A stretch of 64,000 nt of DNA from Ignavibacteriota bacterium (lineage in GTDB: Bacteria > Bacteroidota > Ignavibacteria > Palsa-1295): the NCBI GenBank assembly GCA_963787835.1, contig CAWBEI010000005.1, positions 64,001 to 128,000 of the forward strand, given 5' to 3'. Positions 1 to 10,827 of this stretch are shown in pieces. The notes beneath the pieces are model-generated. The model saw only the letters and a program-made list of their open reading frames with translations, did not search any database and was not told the DNA's origin. Both the position numbers and the translations under genes were made by a program. Numbering within the stretch: position 1 is the first letter of the stretch; each line of letters opens with the position of its first letter.

Positions 1-2391
1 GTTCATCGCCGCGTGCTCTATGGGATGAATGAGCTGGGGTTGGGGCCGAACCGCCCATACAAGAAAAGTGCTCGCGTGGTTGGCGAAGTACTTGGTAAAT
101 ATCATCCGCATGGCGATGTGGCTGTGTATGACACGATCGTTCGCATGGCGCAGGATTTTTCGATGCGTTATCCGTTGGTGCAGGGACAGGGTAATTTCGG
201 TTCCGTAGATGGCGATCCGCCGGCGGCCATGCGTTATACCGAAGCACGTATGACGCCGCTTGCGATAGAAATGCTGCGCGATCTCGAAAAAGAGACCGTC
301 GATTTCGGTCCGAACTTTGACGATACGCTCCAGCAGCCGCTCGTCATGCCGGCGAGCATCCCGAACCTGCTTGTCAATGGTTCCACAGGTATTGCCGTCG
401 GAATGGCAACGAATATCCCGCCGCATAATCTTACGGAAGTGGTGAACGGGTGCCTTGCCTATATTAAAGATAACAACATCACGAGCGTGGACCTGATGAA
501 GTATATCACTGCGCCCGATTTCCCGACGGGTGGAATTATTTATGGCTACGAAGGCGTCCGCGATGCCTATACGACGGGCCGAGGCCGAGTCCTCGTTCGC
601 GCGCGCGCAACGATCGAAACCTCAAAGAATGACCGCGAATCTATTATAGTCACCGAACTTCCATATCAGGTCAACAAAGCCAATCTCATCGAGAAAATGG
701 CTGAGTTCGTGCGCGATAAAAAGCTCGAAGGCATATCGGACATTCGCGATGAGTCCGATAAGGATGGCCTTCGCGTGGTGATCGAGCTAAAACGCGACGC
801 CATCGCAAAAGTGGTGCTGAACAATTTGTACAAGCACACCCAAATGCAAACGACGTTCGGCGTCATCATGCTTTCACTGGTGAAGGGTGTGCCGCGCGTG
901 CTGGAATTGCGCTCGATGATAAAATATTACATCGAGCATAGGAACGATGTTGTGCTTCGCCGCACAAAATATGATCTCGATCAGGCCGAGAAGCGCGCGC
1001 ATATCTTAGAGGGATACATCATTGCGCTCGATAATATTGAGGAAGTCATTAAGACCATCCGAGGATCGAAAGATACCGAAACGGCCCAGAACCGGTTGAT
1101 GAAGCAGTTCAAGCTTTCCGAAATTCAGGCAAAAGCGATTCTCGATATGCGTTTGCAGCGCCTCACCGGTCTGGAGCGCGAGAAAATTCAGGCGGAGTAC
1201 CGCGATCTGCTTCAGCAGATAGAAAAGTTCAAATCCATCATTGCTTCACCGGAACTTCAGATGAAGATCATTGGCGATGAGCTGACTGAGATCCGCAATA
1301 AATATGGCGATAAACGCCGCACGGAGATCGTTTATGACACTAAGGATTTCACGATCGAGGATATGATCGCGGAGGAAGACGTCGTGGTAACGATCTCTCA
1401 CGGCGGATTTATCAAGCGGTTCCCGGTCTCCGGCTATCGCCGGCAGGGACGTGGCGGCAAAGGCATCACCGGCGCTGCAACGCGCGAGGATGATTTTATC
1501 GAGCACATGTTCATTGCATCGACGCATCATTATATCATGTTCTTCACGGACCGTGGGCGTTGCTATTGGCTGAAAGTGCATGAAGTTCCGGAAGCGGGCC
1601 GTACTTCAAAAGGCCGTTCTATCGCCAATCTGCTCGAAAAACCGCCGGAAGAACGCATCACCGCGTTCATCAACGTTAAGCAATTCGATGAAGCGCATTT
1701 TGTTACGATGGTTACCGAGCATGGCACGATCAAGAAGACCGTGCTCTCGGCATTCGGCAACATTCGCCGCGGAGGCGTCTTTGCTATCACGCTCGATGAG
1801 AAGGATTCCCTTAAAGATGTTCGCCTGACCAATGGCCAGCAAGAGATCATCATTGGTACACACGAAGGTATGGCCTGCCGCTTTAATGAAAAAGATGTAC
1901 GCGATATGGGGCGCACGGCCGCCGGTGTTCGCGGCGTTCGGCTCGACGAAGGTGACCGCGTGATCGGCATGATCGCGCCAAGTCGTTCCGGAACCACGGT
2001 GCTTGTGGTTAGCGAAGAAGGTTACGGCAAACGCAGCGAAGTTTCGGATTACCGCCTCACGCGCCGTGGCGGCAAAGGTGTCATCACCATGAAGGCCACG
2101 GAGAAGACCGGCAAGCTCGTTGCAATGAAGGAAGTCGTGGATAACGACGACCTCATCTGCGTAACGAAGGATGGCCTTGTGATTCGCCAGCATGTCGCGG
2201 AAATTCGCGTCATGGGACGCAACACGCAGGGCGTCCGCGTAGTACGCCTAAACGAAGGCGACCGCCTCGCCGCCGTTGCTAACGTTCCCGCTGATGAAGA
2301 TAAGGAAATCGATGAAGCCGAAGCCTCTTCCGGAAAGAAACCCACGCCGCCTCCGCCAATCGAGGAGCAGGGGAGTATTTTTGGGGGATGA
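1..2391 (+). CDS. gyrA: DNA gyrase subunit A (5'-truncated by window edge)
   Basis: Frame open from base 1 (VHRRVLYGM); KYHPHGD, AAMRYTE catalytic Tyr, GyrA-box QGRGGKG, C-terminal pinwheel repeats. Confidence 0.97.
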   Translation, partial: VHRRVLYGMNELGLGPNRPYKKSARVVGEVLGKYHPHGDVAVYDTIVRMAQDFSMRYPLVQGQGNFGSVDGDPPAAMRYTEARMTPLAIEMLRDLEKETVDFGPNFDDTLQQPLVMPASIPNLLVNGSTGIAVGMATNIPPHNLTEVVNGCLAYIKDNNITSVDLMKYITAPDFPTGGIIYGYEGVRDAYTTGRGRVLVRARATIETSKNDRESIIVTELPYQVNKANLIEKMAEFVRDKKLEGISDIRDESDKDGLRVVIELKRDAIAKVVLNNLYKHTQMQTTFGVIMLSLVKGVPRVLELRSMIKYYIEHRNDVVLRRTKYDLDQAEKRAHILEGYIIALDNIEEVIKTIRGSKDTETAQNRLMKQFKLSEIQAKAILDMRLQRLTGLEREKIQAEYRDLLQQIEKFKSIIASPELQMKIIGDELTEIRNKYGDKRRTEIVYDTKDFTIEDMIAEEDVVVTISHGGFIKRFPVSGYRRQGRGGKGITGAATREDDFIEHMFIASTHHYIMFFTDRGRCYWLKVHEVPEAGRTSKGRSIANLLEKPPEERITAFINVKQFDEAHFVTMVTEHGTIKKTVLSAFGNIRRGGVFAITLDEKDSLKDVRLTNGQQEIIIGTHEGMACRFNEKDVRDMGRTAAGVRGVRLDEGDRVIGMIAPSRSGTTVLVVSEEGYGKRSEVSDYRLTRRGGKGVITMKATEKTGKLVAMKEVVDNDDLICVTKDGLVIRQHVAEIRVMGRNTQGVRVVRLNEGDRLAAVANVPADEDKEIDEAEASSGKKPTPPPPIEEQGSIFGG

Positions 2392-2663
2392 TTAAATCCG
2401 TCCAATTTCTGATCACGCGCTGCAAGAAATTGCTGCAGCGAAAGCTCAGTTTGGATGAGGTCGTAGCGCTTTTGAGGAGGGCGATTCAGGTCGTTCCTGA
2501 CCAAGATGATGAAGATCGAACGATTTATCAGGAGCAGATAATGAGCCGCAGAGGGAAACTTCTTCTACTCCGCGCCGTTGTCGAAGAGGATGAAAATGAG
2601 ATCGTAGTCGTGACAGCCTACGTCACAACACAAATAAGACGATATTGGAGGGAATTACGATGA
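2388..2663 (+). CDS. Putative DUF4258-like toxin of a type II TA pair
   Basis: 91 aa ending [16 protein letters not shown]; ATGA-coupled to gyrA and to the downstream DUF2283-like gene. Confidence 0.6.
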   Translation: MIKSVQFLITRCKKLLQRKLSLDEVVALLRRAIQVVPDQDDEDRTIYQEQIMSRRGKLLLLRAVVEEDENEIVVVTAYVTTQIRRYWRELR

Positions 2664-2869
2664 CATTAGATTACGACAAGATCACTGACAGTCTCTCAAT
2701 TAAGTTCAGAACGGCTGAGATCGAAGAGTCTGACGAAATCAGTCCCGGCGTGCTGGTCGATCTTGACTACGCGGGAGGGATGGTCTCGCTCGAAATCCTG
2801 AATGCCTCAAAAAAAGTAGATTCAGTTGAGGCTATTGTGATTAATTCAAAGAGGGTATTAGTTGACTAA
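2660..2869 (+). CDS. DUF2283 domain protein (putative antitoxin)
   Basis: YDKITDSLSIKF..ESDEISPGVLVDLD..G.MVSLEILNASK pattern; ATG overlaps upstream TGA. Confidence 0.75.
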   Translation: MTLDYDKITDSLSIKFRTAEIEESDEISPGVLVDLDYAGGMVSLEILNASKKVDSVEAIVINSKRVLVD

Positions 2870-2874
2870 TAAAC

Positions 2875-2905
2875 AAAATGGTCTGGCTTTCGCCAGACCG
2901 TTTTT
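2875..2905. terminator. Bidirectional intrinsic terminator
   Basis: AAAAT-GGTCTGGC-TTTC-GCCAGACC-GTTTTT, hairpin flanked by A and T runs between convergent units. Confidence 0.75.
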
Positions 2906-2907
2906 CC

Positions 2908-3220
<313 letters not shown>

Positions 3221-3250
3221 AAAAAGAAAAGCATGGCAAGATCGCCATGC
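3221..3250 (-). terminator. Intrinsic terminator after tRNA-fMet
   Basis: GCATGGC/GCCATGC stem followed on the minus strand by TTTTCTTTTT. Confidence 0.65.
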
Positions 3251-3256
3251 ATTTTG

Positions 3257-3328
<72 letters not shown>

Positions 3329-3404
3329 ATCTTGTTGTGCGCACCTAACTTGTATGTGCCTCTCATCGTTCCTATCGGCTCACACCCGGTAAAGTTTGAA
3401 ATAT

Positions 3405-4025
3405 TTATTGTTTCTTCTCTGCCTCCGAGATCGCATCGAGCAATTTTGCTTCAGAAACGTACCCTTCGAACGTTGCGGATATTTTTCGTTTGAGCGTGAT
3501 AACGAATGTGGTTGGTACCACGTCGATCCCGCTATAGGTATATCCGAAATCGGGGCTGCCAATGAGAAGCTGAAAGGGAATATTTTGTGTACGAGCAAAG
3601 GAATCGATCCGCCGAACGGCTTTGCCATTTAAGACGCCCTCTTTCATGGAAACCCCAAGATAGAGTACGTTGGTATCTCCGGAGGATCGAGCGCTGTCAA
3701 GTGTCGCCAACTCATTCACTGCTGCTGGCGACCATGTTCCAAAGAACGAGAGCACAACCACTTTGTCATAGAACTCGTACATTTCATGCACTTTGCCGGT
3801 AGAATCGTACCATCCGAAATTCGTAGCCCGATTTGCAGATGAGATCCTATCCCAATATTTGATCTCAGAGACGTTGTGCAGGTAATGCGGGCCGGTCGAA
3901 TCTAACACAATCGCTGGAGGAACGAAAGCCGTTCTAACAGAGGTCGAGCAACTTTGAAACGCCACAGATGCAATGACGGCACTAAACAACAGCCAGCCCG
4001 GAAGAAAGAAATTGTTTTTGTTCAC
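3405..4025 (-). CDS. TlpA/ResA-like thioredoxin-fold lipoprotein lacking CxxC
   Basis: Lipobox FQSC; KVVVLSFFGTWSPAA..EL, VPTTFVI. Confidence 0.7.
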   Translation of the reverse strand: MNKNNFFLPGWLLFSAVIASVAFQSCSTSVRTAFVPPAIVLDSTGPHYLHNVSEIKYWDRISSANRATNFGWYDSTGKVHEMYEFYDKVVVLSFFGTWSPAAVNELATLDSARSSGDTNVLYLGVSMKEGVLNGKAVRRIDSFARTQNIPFQLLIGSPDFGYTYSGIDVVPTTFVITLKRKISATFEGYVSEAKLLDAISEAEKKQ

Positions 4026-4028
4026 GAT

Positions 4029-4721
4029 TCAAATTTTTCCTTCGAGCATGCGCGCGAGCATGGCACGAGCACGATGGAGATGAACTTTTACGGTTCCCAT
4101 CGGGAGCTTAAGCACTCGAGCGATCTCCTCATATTCCATGTCCTCGTTGTGGCGCAGGCGGATAATACGCTTGTAATTTTCAGGAAGCTCGTCGATGGCT
4201 TGCTCGATCAGGCTGGTTCGTTCACCGGAGAGCATGATGTCATCCGGAACCCACGAAGAATCGCTGATCTCATATTCCCGACCCTCTTCATCCGGTTTTC
4301 CAGCCATCGAGATCGGCGGTGAACTGATGGAAAACGCGTTAAGCTTTCTGCGGCGCAAATAGTCGATAGCATGGTTGGTGGCAATGCGATACAGCCATGT
4401 CGAGAAGGCGTATTCCTCAGAGTAGGAATTGAGATGCAGCATTGCCTTTGTTAACGCTTCCTGAACCAAGTCCTCGACCTCATCGCTGGAAGCACTGCGA
4501 ACCATCGGGCGAATGAGGCGTTCAACACCATGCCGGTGACGCTTTACAAGTTCATTGAACGCAAGTTGATCGCCAGCGCGTGCGCGCTGCACCAGGAGCT
4601 TATCCTCTTGTTGCTTTACCGTTCCAGCCGGACGAGCCGGTGCCGTTGGCTGCTCCGCCTCATTGGCGCTCGGGCCGGGCAGCTCTGGTTCGGAAACGCT
4701 TTTATGTGCTCGGGGACTCAA
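4029..4721 (-). CDS. ECF RNA polymerase sigma factor (sigma-24/RpoE type)
   Basis: EDLVQE, FSTWLYRIATNHAIDYLRR, YEEIA..L.LPMGTVKVHLHRAR. Confidence 0.92.
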   Translation of the reverse strand: MSPRAHKSVSEPELPGPSANEAEQPTAPARPAGTVKQQEDKLLVQRARAGDQLAFNELVKRHRHGVERLIRPMVRSASSDEVEDLVQEALTKAMLHLNSYSEEYAFSTWLYRIATNHAIDYLRRRKLNAFSISSPPISMAGKPDEEGREYEISDSSWVPDDIMLSGERTSLIEQAIDELPENYKRIIRLRHNEDMEYEEIARVLKLPMGTVKVHLHRARAMLARMLEGKI

Positions 4722-4775
4722 GTCCTCTTCAACTGGTAATTAACAGGAGTGATTCTCTAAAATAATCTCAATATG

Positions 4776-5798
4776 CTAAATAACATCGATATTTTCGAGG
4801 CCGCCATAGATATCGTACCACGGTTTAGCATTTGCATAGATGACTTTATTTAACATTTCAATATTCTGAACTCCGCGTTCCGAAAGCCACGCTTCTAACG
4901 CTTGTACTCCCTTGCTTCCGAAGATCGGGATCCCATCCTGCCAGGTAGCTCGGCCGCAGAGCACTCCGGAAAATTTGGCGCCCGCTTCGCCTGCGAGCGC
5001 GATCGTTTCGCGGAATTCCTCATCGGTCACACCGGCGCTCAGATAAATAAATGGTTTAGTTGCAGCATCGGAGGCTTCTCGGAACAGGCGTTTTGCTTCC
5101 TCGCGTGAATAAGCAGGCTCGCCTCCAGCGAACGAAGCAGTATCGGCAACGAATTTCATGTTCACAGGAACTTCTACCTTTAGAACATCGACGCCATAAC
5201 GGTCGGAAGAAAATTCCTTCATATAGGCTGCGACGTAGGCAGGCTTTAATTTTGCGAACTCCAACGATTTTTCATCCTGCGCATTATCATACGCCAATAC
5301 TTCAAGGAAGAACGGTCGATCAACGGCCTCACACTCTGCCCCTATGCGTTCGATGAATGCATGCTTCCGGTGATTGATCCTTTCATCATCGAACGGATTG
5401 TAATACAACAGAATTTTTATCGCATCTGCACCAGCTTCTGCGAGACGGAGTACGCTCCAGTCATCCAACAGATCGGGCATGCGTCCAGCGACCGTTGCAT
5501 CGTAGCCGGTCTTTTCATACGACAGCAGAACTCCGGTTCCCTGCGCGCGGGCATCGAGAGCCTGTAAGCCATACTCCGGGTCCATGAGAAGTGCCGTTGC
5601 ATGTGGAGTAAGAACTTTCGTAACAGAAACCTTGAATTGGGTTAGATCTGCATCGGTGGCATCATGACCCATTGCCTTAGCAATGCTCTTTTTCAGCGAA
5701 CCCCGCTGATCCATGGCGGCAGCGGCAATAGTGCCATCGGAGCCTGCGCAGGCTTGAATTCCCTGAAATTTCCCTCTCGTGATCTTAAATTTTGACAT
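4776..5798 (-). CDS. lacD: Tagatose-1,6-bisphosphate aldolase (LacD family)
   Basis: AAAMDQRGSL, LSYEKTGYD, DVLKVEVPVNM, YLSAGV, GVLCGRATW. Confidence 0.85.
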   Translation of the reverse strand: MSKFKITRGKFQGIQACAGSDGTIAAAAMDQRGSLKKSIAKAMGHDATDADLTQFKVSVTKVLTPHATALLMDPEYGLQALDARAQGTGVLLSYEKTGYDATVAGRMPDLLDDWSVLRLAEAGADAIKILLYYNPFDDERINHRKHAFIERIGAECEAVDRPFFLEVLAYDNAQDEKSLEFAKLKPAYVAAYMKEFSSDRYGVDVLKVEVPVNMKFVADTASFAGGEPAYSREEAKRLFREASDAATKPFIYLSAGVTDEEFRETIALAGEAGAKFSGVLCGRATWQDGIPIFGSKGVQALEAWLSERGVQNIEMLNKVIYANAKPWYDIYGGLENIDVI

Positions 5799-5806
5799 TC
5801 CTAAAA

Positions 5807-6517
5807 TTATACTGCTATCGTTCGTGGTTGGTTACAGGCACGGCGCATCTCGCGCAATGTTTCTGCAGGGTTTGCTGTATCAAATACGCCGGAACCTGAA
5901 ACGACCACGTCCACTCCCGATTCATACACGAGTGTAATGTTATCGAGTTTTATGCCGCCGTCCGCTTCGATGAGGCATTCGAATCCTTCGCGGTCGATCC
6001 AATTTCTTAGCGTCCGCGCGCGCCGAAAGAGGGAAGGAATAAACGATTGCCCACCGAAGCCCGGATTCACGCTCATCAATAACACGAGATCGACATTGGG
6101 AAGGATCTCTTCCAGAAGCGCGAGTGGTGTAGCAGGATTAAGTGCAACCCCTGCTTTTACGCCCAGCGATCTAATATGCGCGATGGTACGGTTCAGATGA
6201 ATGCACGCCTCCTGATGCACGGTGATAAGATCCGCGCCCGAATTTACAAATTGTGGGATGTAGGTATCCGGATCTTCGATCATCAGATGCACATCGAGCG
6301 TGAGTTTGGTGATCGGGCGCAATGCCTCAACGATGATCGGCCCAACAGTAATGTTTGGCACGAAGTGTCCATCCATTACGTCGATATGCAGCCACTCTGC
6401 GCCGCCATTTTCAGCCTCTCGGACGCTCGATTCGAGCATGGCAAAATTCGCCGATAGCAACGATGGCGAAAGCGTGATGCTCTTTCGGGATTGTTGATCA
6501 GTGTTTGTTACGGTCAC
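5807..6517 (-). CDS. rpe: Ribulose-phosphate 3-epimerase
   Basis: SPSLLSA, HIDVMDGHFVPN, DVHLMI, MSVNPGFGGQ, DGG. Confidence 0.96.
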   Translation of the reverse strand: MTVTNTDQQSRKSITLSPSLLSANFAMLESSVREAENGGAEWLHIDVMDGHFVPNITVGPIIVEALRPITKLTLDVHLMIEDPDTYIPQFVNSGADLITVHQEACIHLNRTIAHIRSLGVKAGVALNPATPLALLEEILPNVDLVLLMSVNPGFGGQSFIPSLFRRARTLRNWIDREGFECLIEADGGIKLDNITLVYESGVDVVVSGSGVFDTANPAETLREMRRACNQPRTIAV

Positions 6518-6540
6518 GCGATAAGATCGAGGGCAGGTTC

Positions 6541-6577
6541 AAAAAAATACGGCAGTCCGTAAAAACGGACTGCCGTA
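6541..6577 (-). terminator. Intrinsic terminator
   Basis: TACGGCAGTCCGT/ACGGACTGCCGTA 13-bp stem followed by T7 on the minus strand. Confidence 0.85.
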
Positions 6578-6603
6578 GGTAACAATCGAAAATGCGGAAT
6601 CGG

Positions 6604-7713
6604 TCAGTGATTCGTAGTTGCACCGCCTGTAGATGCGTCTGCGCTAATTTTATCGAACTTCGCTTTTTGTTTGGTCAAATCAGCATAAAGCTTTTTATCT
6701 TTTGCGGGATCGAGCAGTGCAAGCGCGCTGGATTCCACTTCGGATGCCTCGGAAGCTTTTCCCATCTTGAAGAGTACTTCGGCTCGGGTATCCATTACGG
6801 ACGCCTTATCCTGCGCGGAAGTGGAGAGTATGACTGCGCGCTTTGCATAGTCTTCCGCCTGGTCGAGTAGAACTCCTTTTTCCGCAGCGGTCCACGCGAA
6901 GTAGTTAAAGGTTTGCGCGTCTCTCGGGTGTTTCATCGCCCACTGATCCATCCGGCGCCCGGCATCCTCCGGATGTTTGGATTGGAAGTCATGCCGGAGC
7001 AGCATCATGTTTGCCTGATCGGCATCGACTTCATCGGGATATTGCTTCATTGCAGCTTCAAGCGTTTTGATCTGCTCATCACCGGTGGATAGAAAACCTA
7101 CGCCGTAGGTTGCTTCGGCATTTTGTCCGAGTTTGTTATCGGGGTCGAGAGCAAGCACTTTCTGGAATGCTGCAAGCGCTTTGGTATTCTGATTTTGCTG
7201 TGCATAATAATTTGCTGCAACCATCCATTTCTTGGCATCGGTTGTAGGATTCGGGCCTTCCACTTCATTAACGATCGCTTTTGCACCACCGGCGGCTGCA
7301 ACTTCAAGCGAACGGGCAAATCTCGCGGCATCCTCATAGCCGACAACGCGGTCGATCTCGTTGCCATCCTGATCGAAAAACACGATGGTCGGATATCCGC
7401 TGACCTTGCTGGCCTTGGCAAGCGCAATTCCTTCGCCCTTTTCTGCATCGATCTTTACAGAAATGAACTTGGCATCGGTGATCTTTCCGACATTTTCATC
7501 GGAATACGTATTCTTGTCGAGCGTTTTGCACCATACGCACCATGTGGTATAAAAATCGACCATAATGGCCTTGTGCTCTTTTGCCGCGATCGCCTTTGCC
7601 TGATCGAAGGTGATGTCTTTGAAGTGAACTTCAGCGCGCAACGATCCGCTGGTCACAATGATAAAGATCGCAGCAACGATCCATAAAACTTTTGTGCGAA
7701 AAAGTGATTTCAT
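6604..7713 (-). CDS. Exported thioredoxin-domain + TPR protein
   Basis: Signal peptide; VDFYTTWCVWCK, GYPT; TPR-like helical repeats. Confidence 0.8.
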   Translation of the reverse strand: MKSLFRTKVLWIVAAIFIIVTSGSLRAEVHFKDITFDQAKAIAAKEHKAIMVDFYTTWCVWCKTLDKNTYSDENVGKITDAKFISVKIDAEKGEGIALAKASKVSGYPTIVFFDQDGNEIDRVVGYEDAARFARSLEVAAAGGAKAIVNEVEGPNPTTDAKKWMVAANYYAQQNQNTKALAAFQKVLALDPDNKLGQNAEATYGVGFLSTGDEQIKTLEAAMKQYPDEVDADQANMMLLRHDFQSKHPEDAGRRMDQWAMKHPRDAQTFNYFAWTAAEKGVLLDQAEDYAKRAVILSTSAQDKASVMDTRAEVLFKMGKASEASEVESSALALLDPAKDKKLYADLTKQKAKFDKISADASTGGATTNH

Positions 7714-7927
7714 ACGTTATTTCCTTTCGGTGACTGATCCAAGAACCGGTAATTGAACTAATGAGTGTAAACATACAAACACACGAAGACCACGAAATGA
7801 GTTCATTTAAGAGCATTAATAAACTACGTGCAATTTGTTGACTTTGGCAGCTTTTTTGAGCGAGATCTCTTTGGAAAAAAGGATCAGATTATTAGAAACG
7901 GGTGATGTTCATGAAATGATTTAAAAT

Positions 7928-7959
7928 AAAAAAGCGCCGGGTTTGCCCTCCCGGCGCTT
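7928..7959 (-). terminator. Intrinsic terminator
   Basis: AAGCGCCGGG/CCCGGCGCTT stem with T-run on the minus strand. Confidence 0.7.
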
Positions 7960-8142
7960 GATGTGAGAAGCTTTGTTCAGCTTAAGGTGAGAATTATAGT
8001 TTAGTTTGCCAAATCGTTAACATACATAATACCATGCCAGTTCTCCAATTGCTCAATATGGCCAAATTTAGGCATGTGGATAACTTTCTATGTCCGATTA
8101 TGAGAATTTGAATGCGCCTCTCGTCTCAAAAACAGACATACT

Positions 8143-9549
8143 TTAATGAAAGACCTGAACCTTCAGATAACCAGTTTGGCTGCGTATGACATATATTCCG
8201 TTGTGTAGATCATGTACGTCAAAACTCCAATAGCCGTTCAACCATTGTGCATCGCCAGCTTTTCTGCCAAGTTCATCGTAAAGCGACGCGTCCTGAGATC
8301 CGGCCACGAGATAAAGGTAATTCGAGGCAGGATTTGGAAAGGCCGTTAATGAAGAGTTATCAATTGATTGCCGAGACACCTGCAATTGGTCCAGCGTGCT
8401 GCTTCGATAATGAGTTAGAATGGACTGCGCAATTTGCAGCATAGCAGCAGAGTCCGGAGATGATAGCGCTGGCCCCGATGCGGGTTCAACATACATGGCG
8501 TAGTCGAAATAAACAGTGTCACCTGGGATGATCGGAGTTTGACTTAGGCTCGCCATTAGTATTCGCGCATCACCAACAATACTAAGTGCGGTATCGTGGT
8601 GAGGCTCCGTCAAGAATGCATATCGATCTGAGTCGGTGATGGGATCGTCGCCACTATCCCAATATCGCAGGGAAGTGACTTCGGAGTTCGGACGGTCGGA
8701 GCCGCTCTGTCCTTCCAGCACCATGACTCCGAGCAGGGGATCGGTCGTGCTTTGGTCCGTGAAGAAGACCGTTGCATTTACTCCTTCATTCTGGACGCCT
8801 TTCGTTCGGTCGTCATAAGGATAGTTAATGTCTCCATCAACTACGAGTGCGATAACCGGATCGAAGATCGTATCCAGTCCCGAATAGACAACCTGATTTT
8901 CAACCACCACTACATTCTTCAAAAGGCCTTTATTCCAGAAACTCGCGCGGGTACGAACTTCGAGATCGAACGGATCGGTAATGCTATCGGGGTCGGAATC
9001 TTTATAGACCAGGAACATATCCTCGTCACCAACAACGTTCATCGGGCCGGCGGATTCACGAAGCTCGACCGAGTCGATATAGGCGGATCTTCCATTAACA
9101 GTCCTCAACGGCCACGCCGGAGGGACCACATCATCCGAGCGATAGATGCGGTACTTTTCTCGAGCAAGCTGTGACGTATCTGTTGTGGCGCCATCGTAAA
9201 GAATGCTTCCCGGCGCGAACTCCGATTGTGCCGTGTTCGGATTATACGAAAATTCTGCGTGTGGTGAAAGCGAGTCATTCCGGTGACGAATGCCCCCGAA
9301 CCAGAGACCTGCGCCGAACACCACGGTGTCGAATCGTCCCAGTCCAGTCCATAAGCCGCCGGCGCCGGACGGAATTTCATGTAAGGTATCCGTTTGATTG
9401 AACAGGGCGCCGTTATTGTTGAGATACCCGATCCAGTTCCCAGTATCGTTGGAACGGCGCGAGAGTAAGTCTTGAGCACTCGCGGAAGAAATAGTAAGTA
9501 AGAGGGAAGAAGTAAGAAGTAAGAAAAAACGGTTACAATTTGTTCGCAT
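8143..9549 (-). CDS. Secreted protein with T9SS type A C-terminal sorting domain
   Basis: Start re-called at MRTNCNRFF (signal peptide ..ASAQ); C-terminal FPNPASN..LYDELGR..L.NGIYVI..KVQV. Confidence 0.8.
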   Translation of the reverse strand: MRTNCNRFFLLLTSSLLLTISSASAQDLLSRRSNDTGNWIGYLNNNGALFNQTDTLHEIPSGAGGLWTGLGRFDTVVFGAGLWFGGIRHRNDSLSPHAEFSYNPNTAQSEFAPGSILYDGATTDTSQLAREKYRIYRSDDVVPPAWPLRTVNGRSAYIDSVELRESAGPMNVVGDEDMFLVYKDSDPDSITDPFDLEVRTRASFWNKGLLKNVVVVENQVVYSGLDTIFDPVIALVVDGDINYPYDDRTKGVQNEGVNATVFFTDQSTTDPLLGVMVLEGQSGSDRPNSEVTSLRYWDSGDDPITDSDRYAFLTEPHHDTALSIVGDARILMASLSQTPIIPGDTVYFDYAMYVEPASGPALSSPDSAAMLQIAQSILTHYRSSTLDQLQVSRQSIDNSSLTAFPNPASNYLYLVAGSQDASLYDELGRKAGDAQWLNGYWSFDVHDLHNGIYVIRSQTGYLKVQVFH

Positions 9550-9577
9550 ACTTATTATTGCATACCTCTTACTTGAA

Positions 9578-10558
9578 TTACATCCATCCCTGCGCACGGT
9601 ACCATTCGATCGTATCCTTGACGCCATCTTCGAGCGAGACTTTTTGCCGGTAGCCAAGCTCGCGTTTTGCCTTTTCGACACTGGCGGTCCAATGCGTTTG
9701 AACCATGTCGCGGCCCTTTTCCCAATTGAGTACGCTGGGCTTCGAACGGAAGATCGAAAAAAATTCCGAAGTACCGGCGACCGCATAGACCAACGCATGA
9801 GGAAGTTTGATCGTCAGGCCGCGCTTCTTCAAAATTTCCGAGGTTAGATCGTTCACTTCCCGCCAAGTATAATGTTGCTCCGAACCGATAAAATAGGTCT
9901 CGTTCCTCGCCGGTTCCTGCTCGATAGCAAGTAAAACGGCGTCCGCAATATCTGCGGCGTGCGCAAGATTGATCCATTTATCCTGCATACCGATCAACGG
10001 TTTCAGCCCTTTATCGACGGTCTGGAAGAATGTGAGGATGGCTGTATCGCGCGGGCCATAGACAGCGGAAAGCCGAAGGATCGTAACAGGAAAATCCTCA
10101 TGAGCGCGCTCGGCTTCTTCCTCGGCGGCGCGTTTGGATTTTCCATATGTTGTGATCGGGTGGGGCGGCGTGAGTTCGGTCACCGGCTGACCATCCAGCG
10201 ATGGCCCGGCTGCGGTTTGGCTCGAGCAAAATATGAATCGGGAAAGCGTAGGGTTGAACCTCCGTGCGGCTTCGATCACATTCCGAGTCGGAAGAAGATT
10301 CCCATCGTAAAAACCCTCTTTATTCTTGGCGGCGGTAACACCCGCAACATGAACGATCGCATCGACGTGTTCTACGGCTGGTCGAAGCGAATCGATATCC
10401 AGCATATTGCCCGTTACCAGTTCTATGCGCTTATCGTGCAGCCACTTCAGGCTGGAGTTCGCGCGCACGAGCGCCCGAACCTCATGCCCTGCAGCCAGCA
10501 ACCGATCCGCAATGTGCGACCCGACAAAACCAGATGCGCCTGTAACAAGGATTTTCAT
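9578..10558 (-). CDS. NAD-dependent epimerase/dehydratase (extended SDR)
   Basis: MKILVTGASGFVG, YGKSK, VYGPRD. Confidence 0.9.
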   Translation of the reverse strand: MKILVTGASGFVGSHIADRLLAAGHEVRALVRANSSLKWLHDKRIELVTGNMLDIDSLRPAVEHVDAIVHVAGVTAAKNKEGFYDGNLLPTRNVIEAARRFNPTLSRFIFCSSQTAAGPSLDGQPVTELTPPHPITTYGKSKRAAEEEAERAHEDFPVTILRLSAVYGPRDTAILTFFQTVDKGLKPLIGMQDKWINLAHAADIADAVLLAIEQEPARNETYFIGSEQHYTWREVNDLTSEILKKRGLTIKLPHALVYAVAGTSEFFSIFRSKPSVLNWEKGRDMVQTHWTASVEKAKRELGYRQKVSLEDGVKDTIEWYRAQGWM

Positions 10559-10827
10559 AAAGAATATGACAAGAATTAGGGTAGGAGAACCAATGAGACG
10601 AAACAAACCCCAATAGAATTCCCCTTACTTCAGCACCTTCTTGTCAAAGGCCGTAATTAGCAACGTTCTGATATGTTGAGGCACATCCGATATCCTGATC
10701 CCGGATCAATATAGGCTACCGTTTTAACAGTTGCTCGGACGAGGTTGCACGACATGATCGTGGATTCGGAATCCTTCACATTGCCAACGAGTTAATTTCG
10801 GTTCTTTCACTTTTAATCGAAAACATC

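Noticed and set aside
7928-8142. Possible sRNA ending at the 7928-7959 terminator
   Set aside because: Equally explained as the 3' UTR and terminator of the upstream gene; no other support.
9550-9798. Extended N-terminus of the 551-aa ORF
   Set aside because: It overlaps the epimerase gene; the signal peptide begins at 9549.
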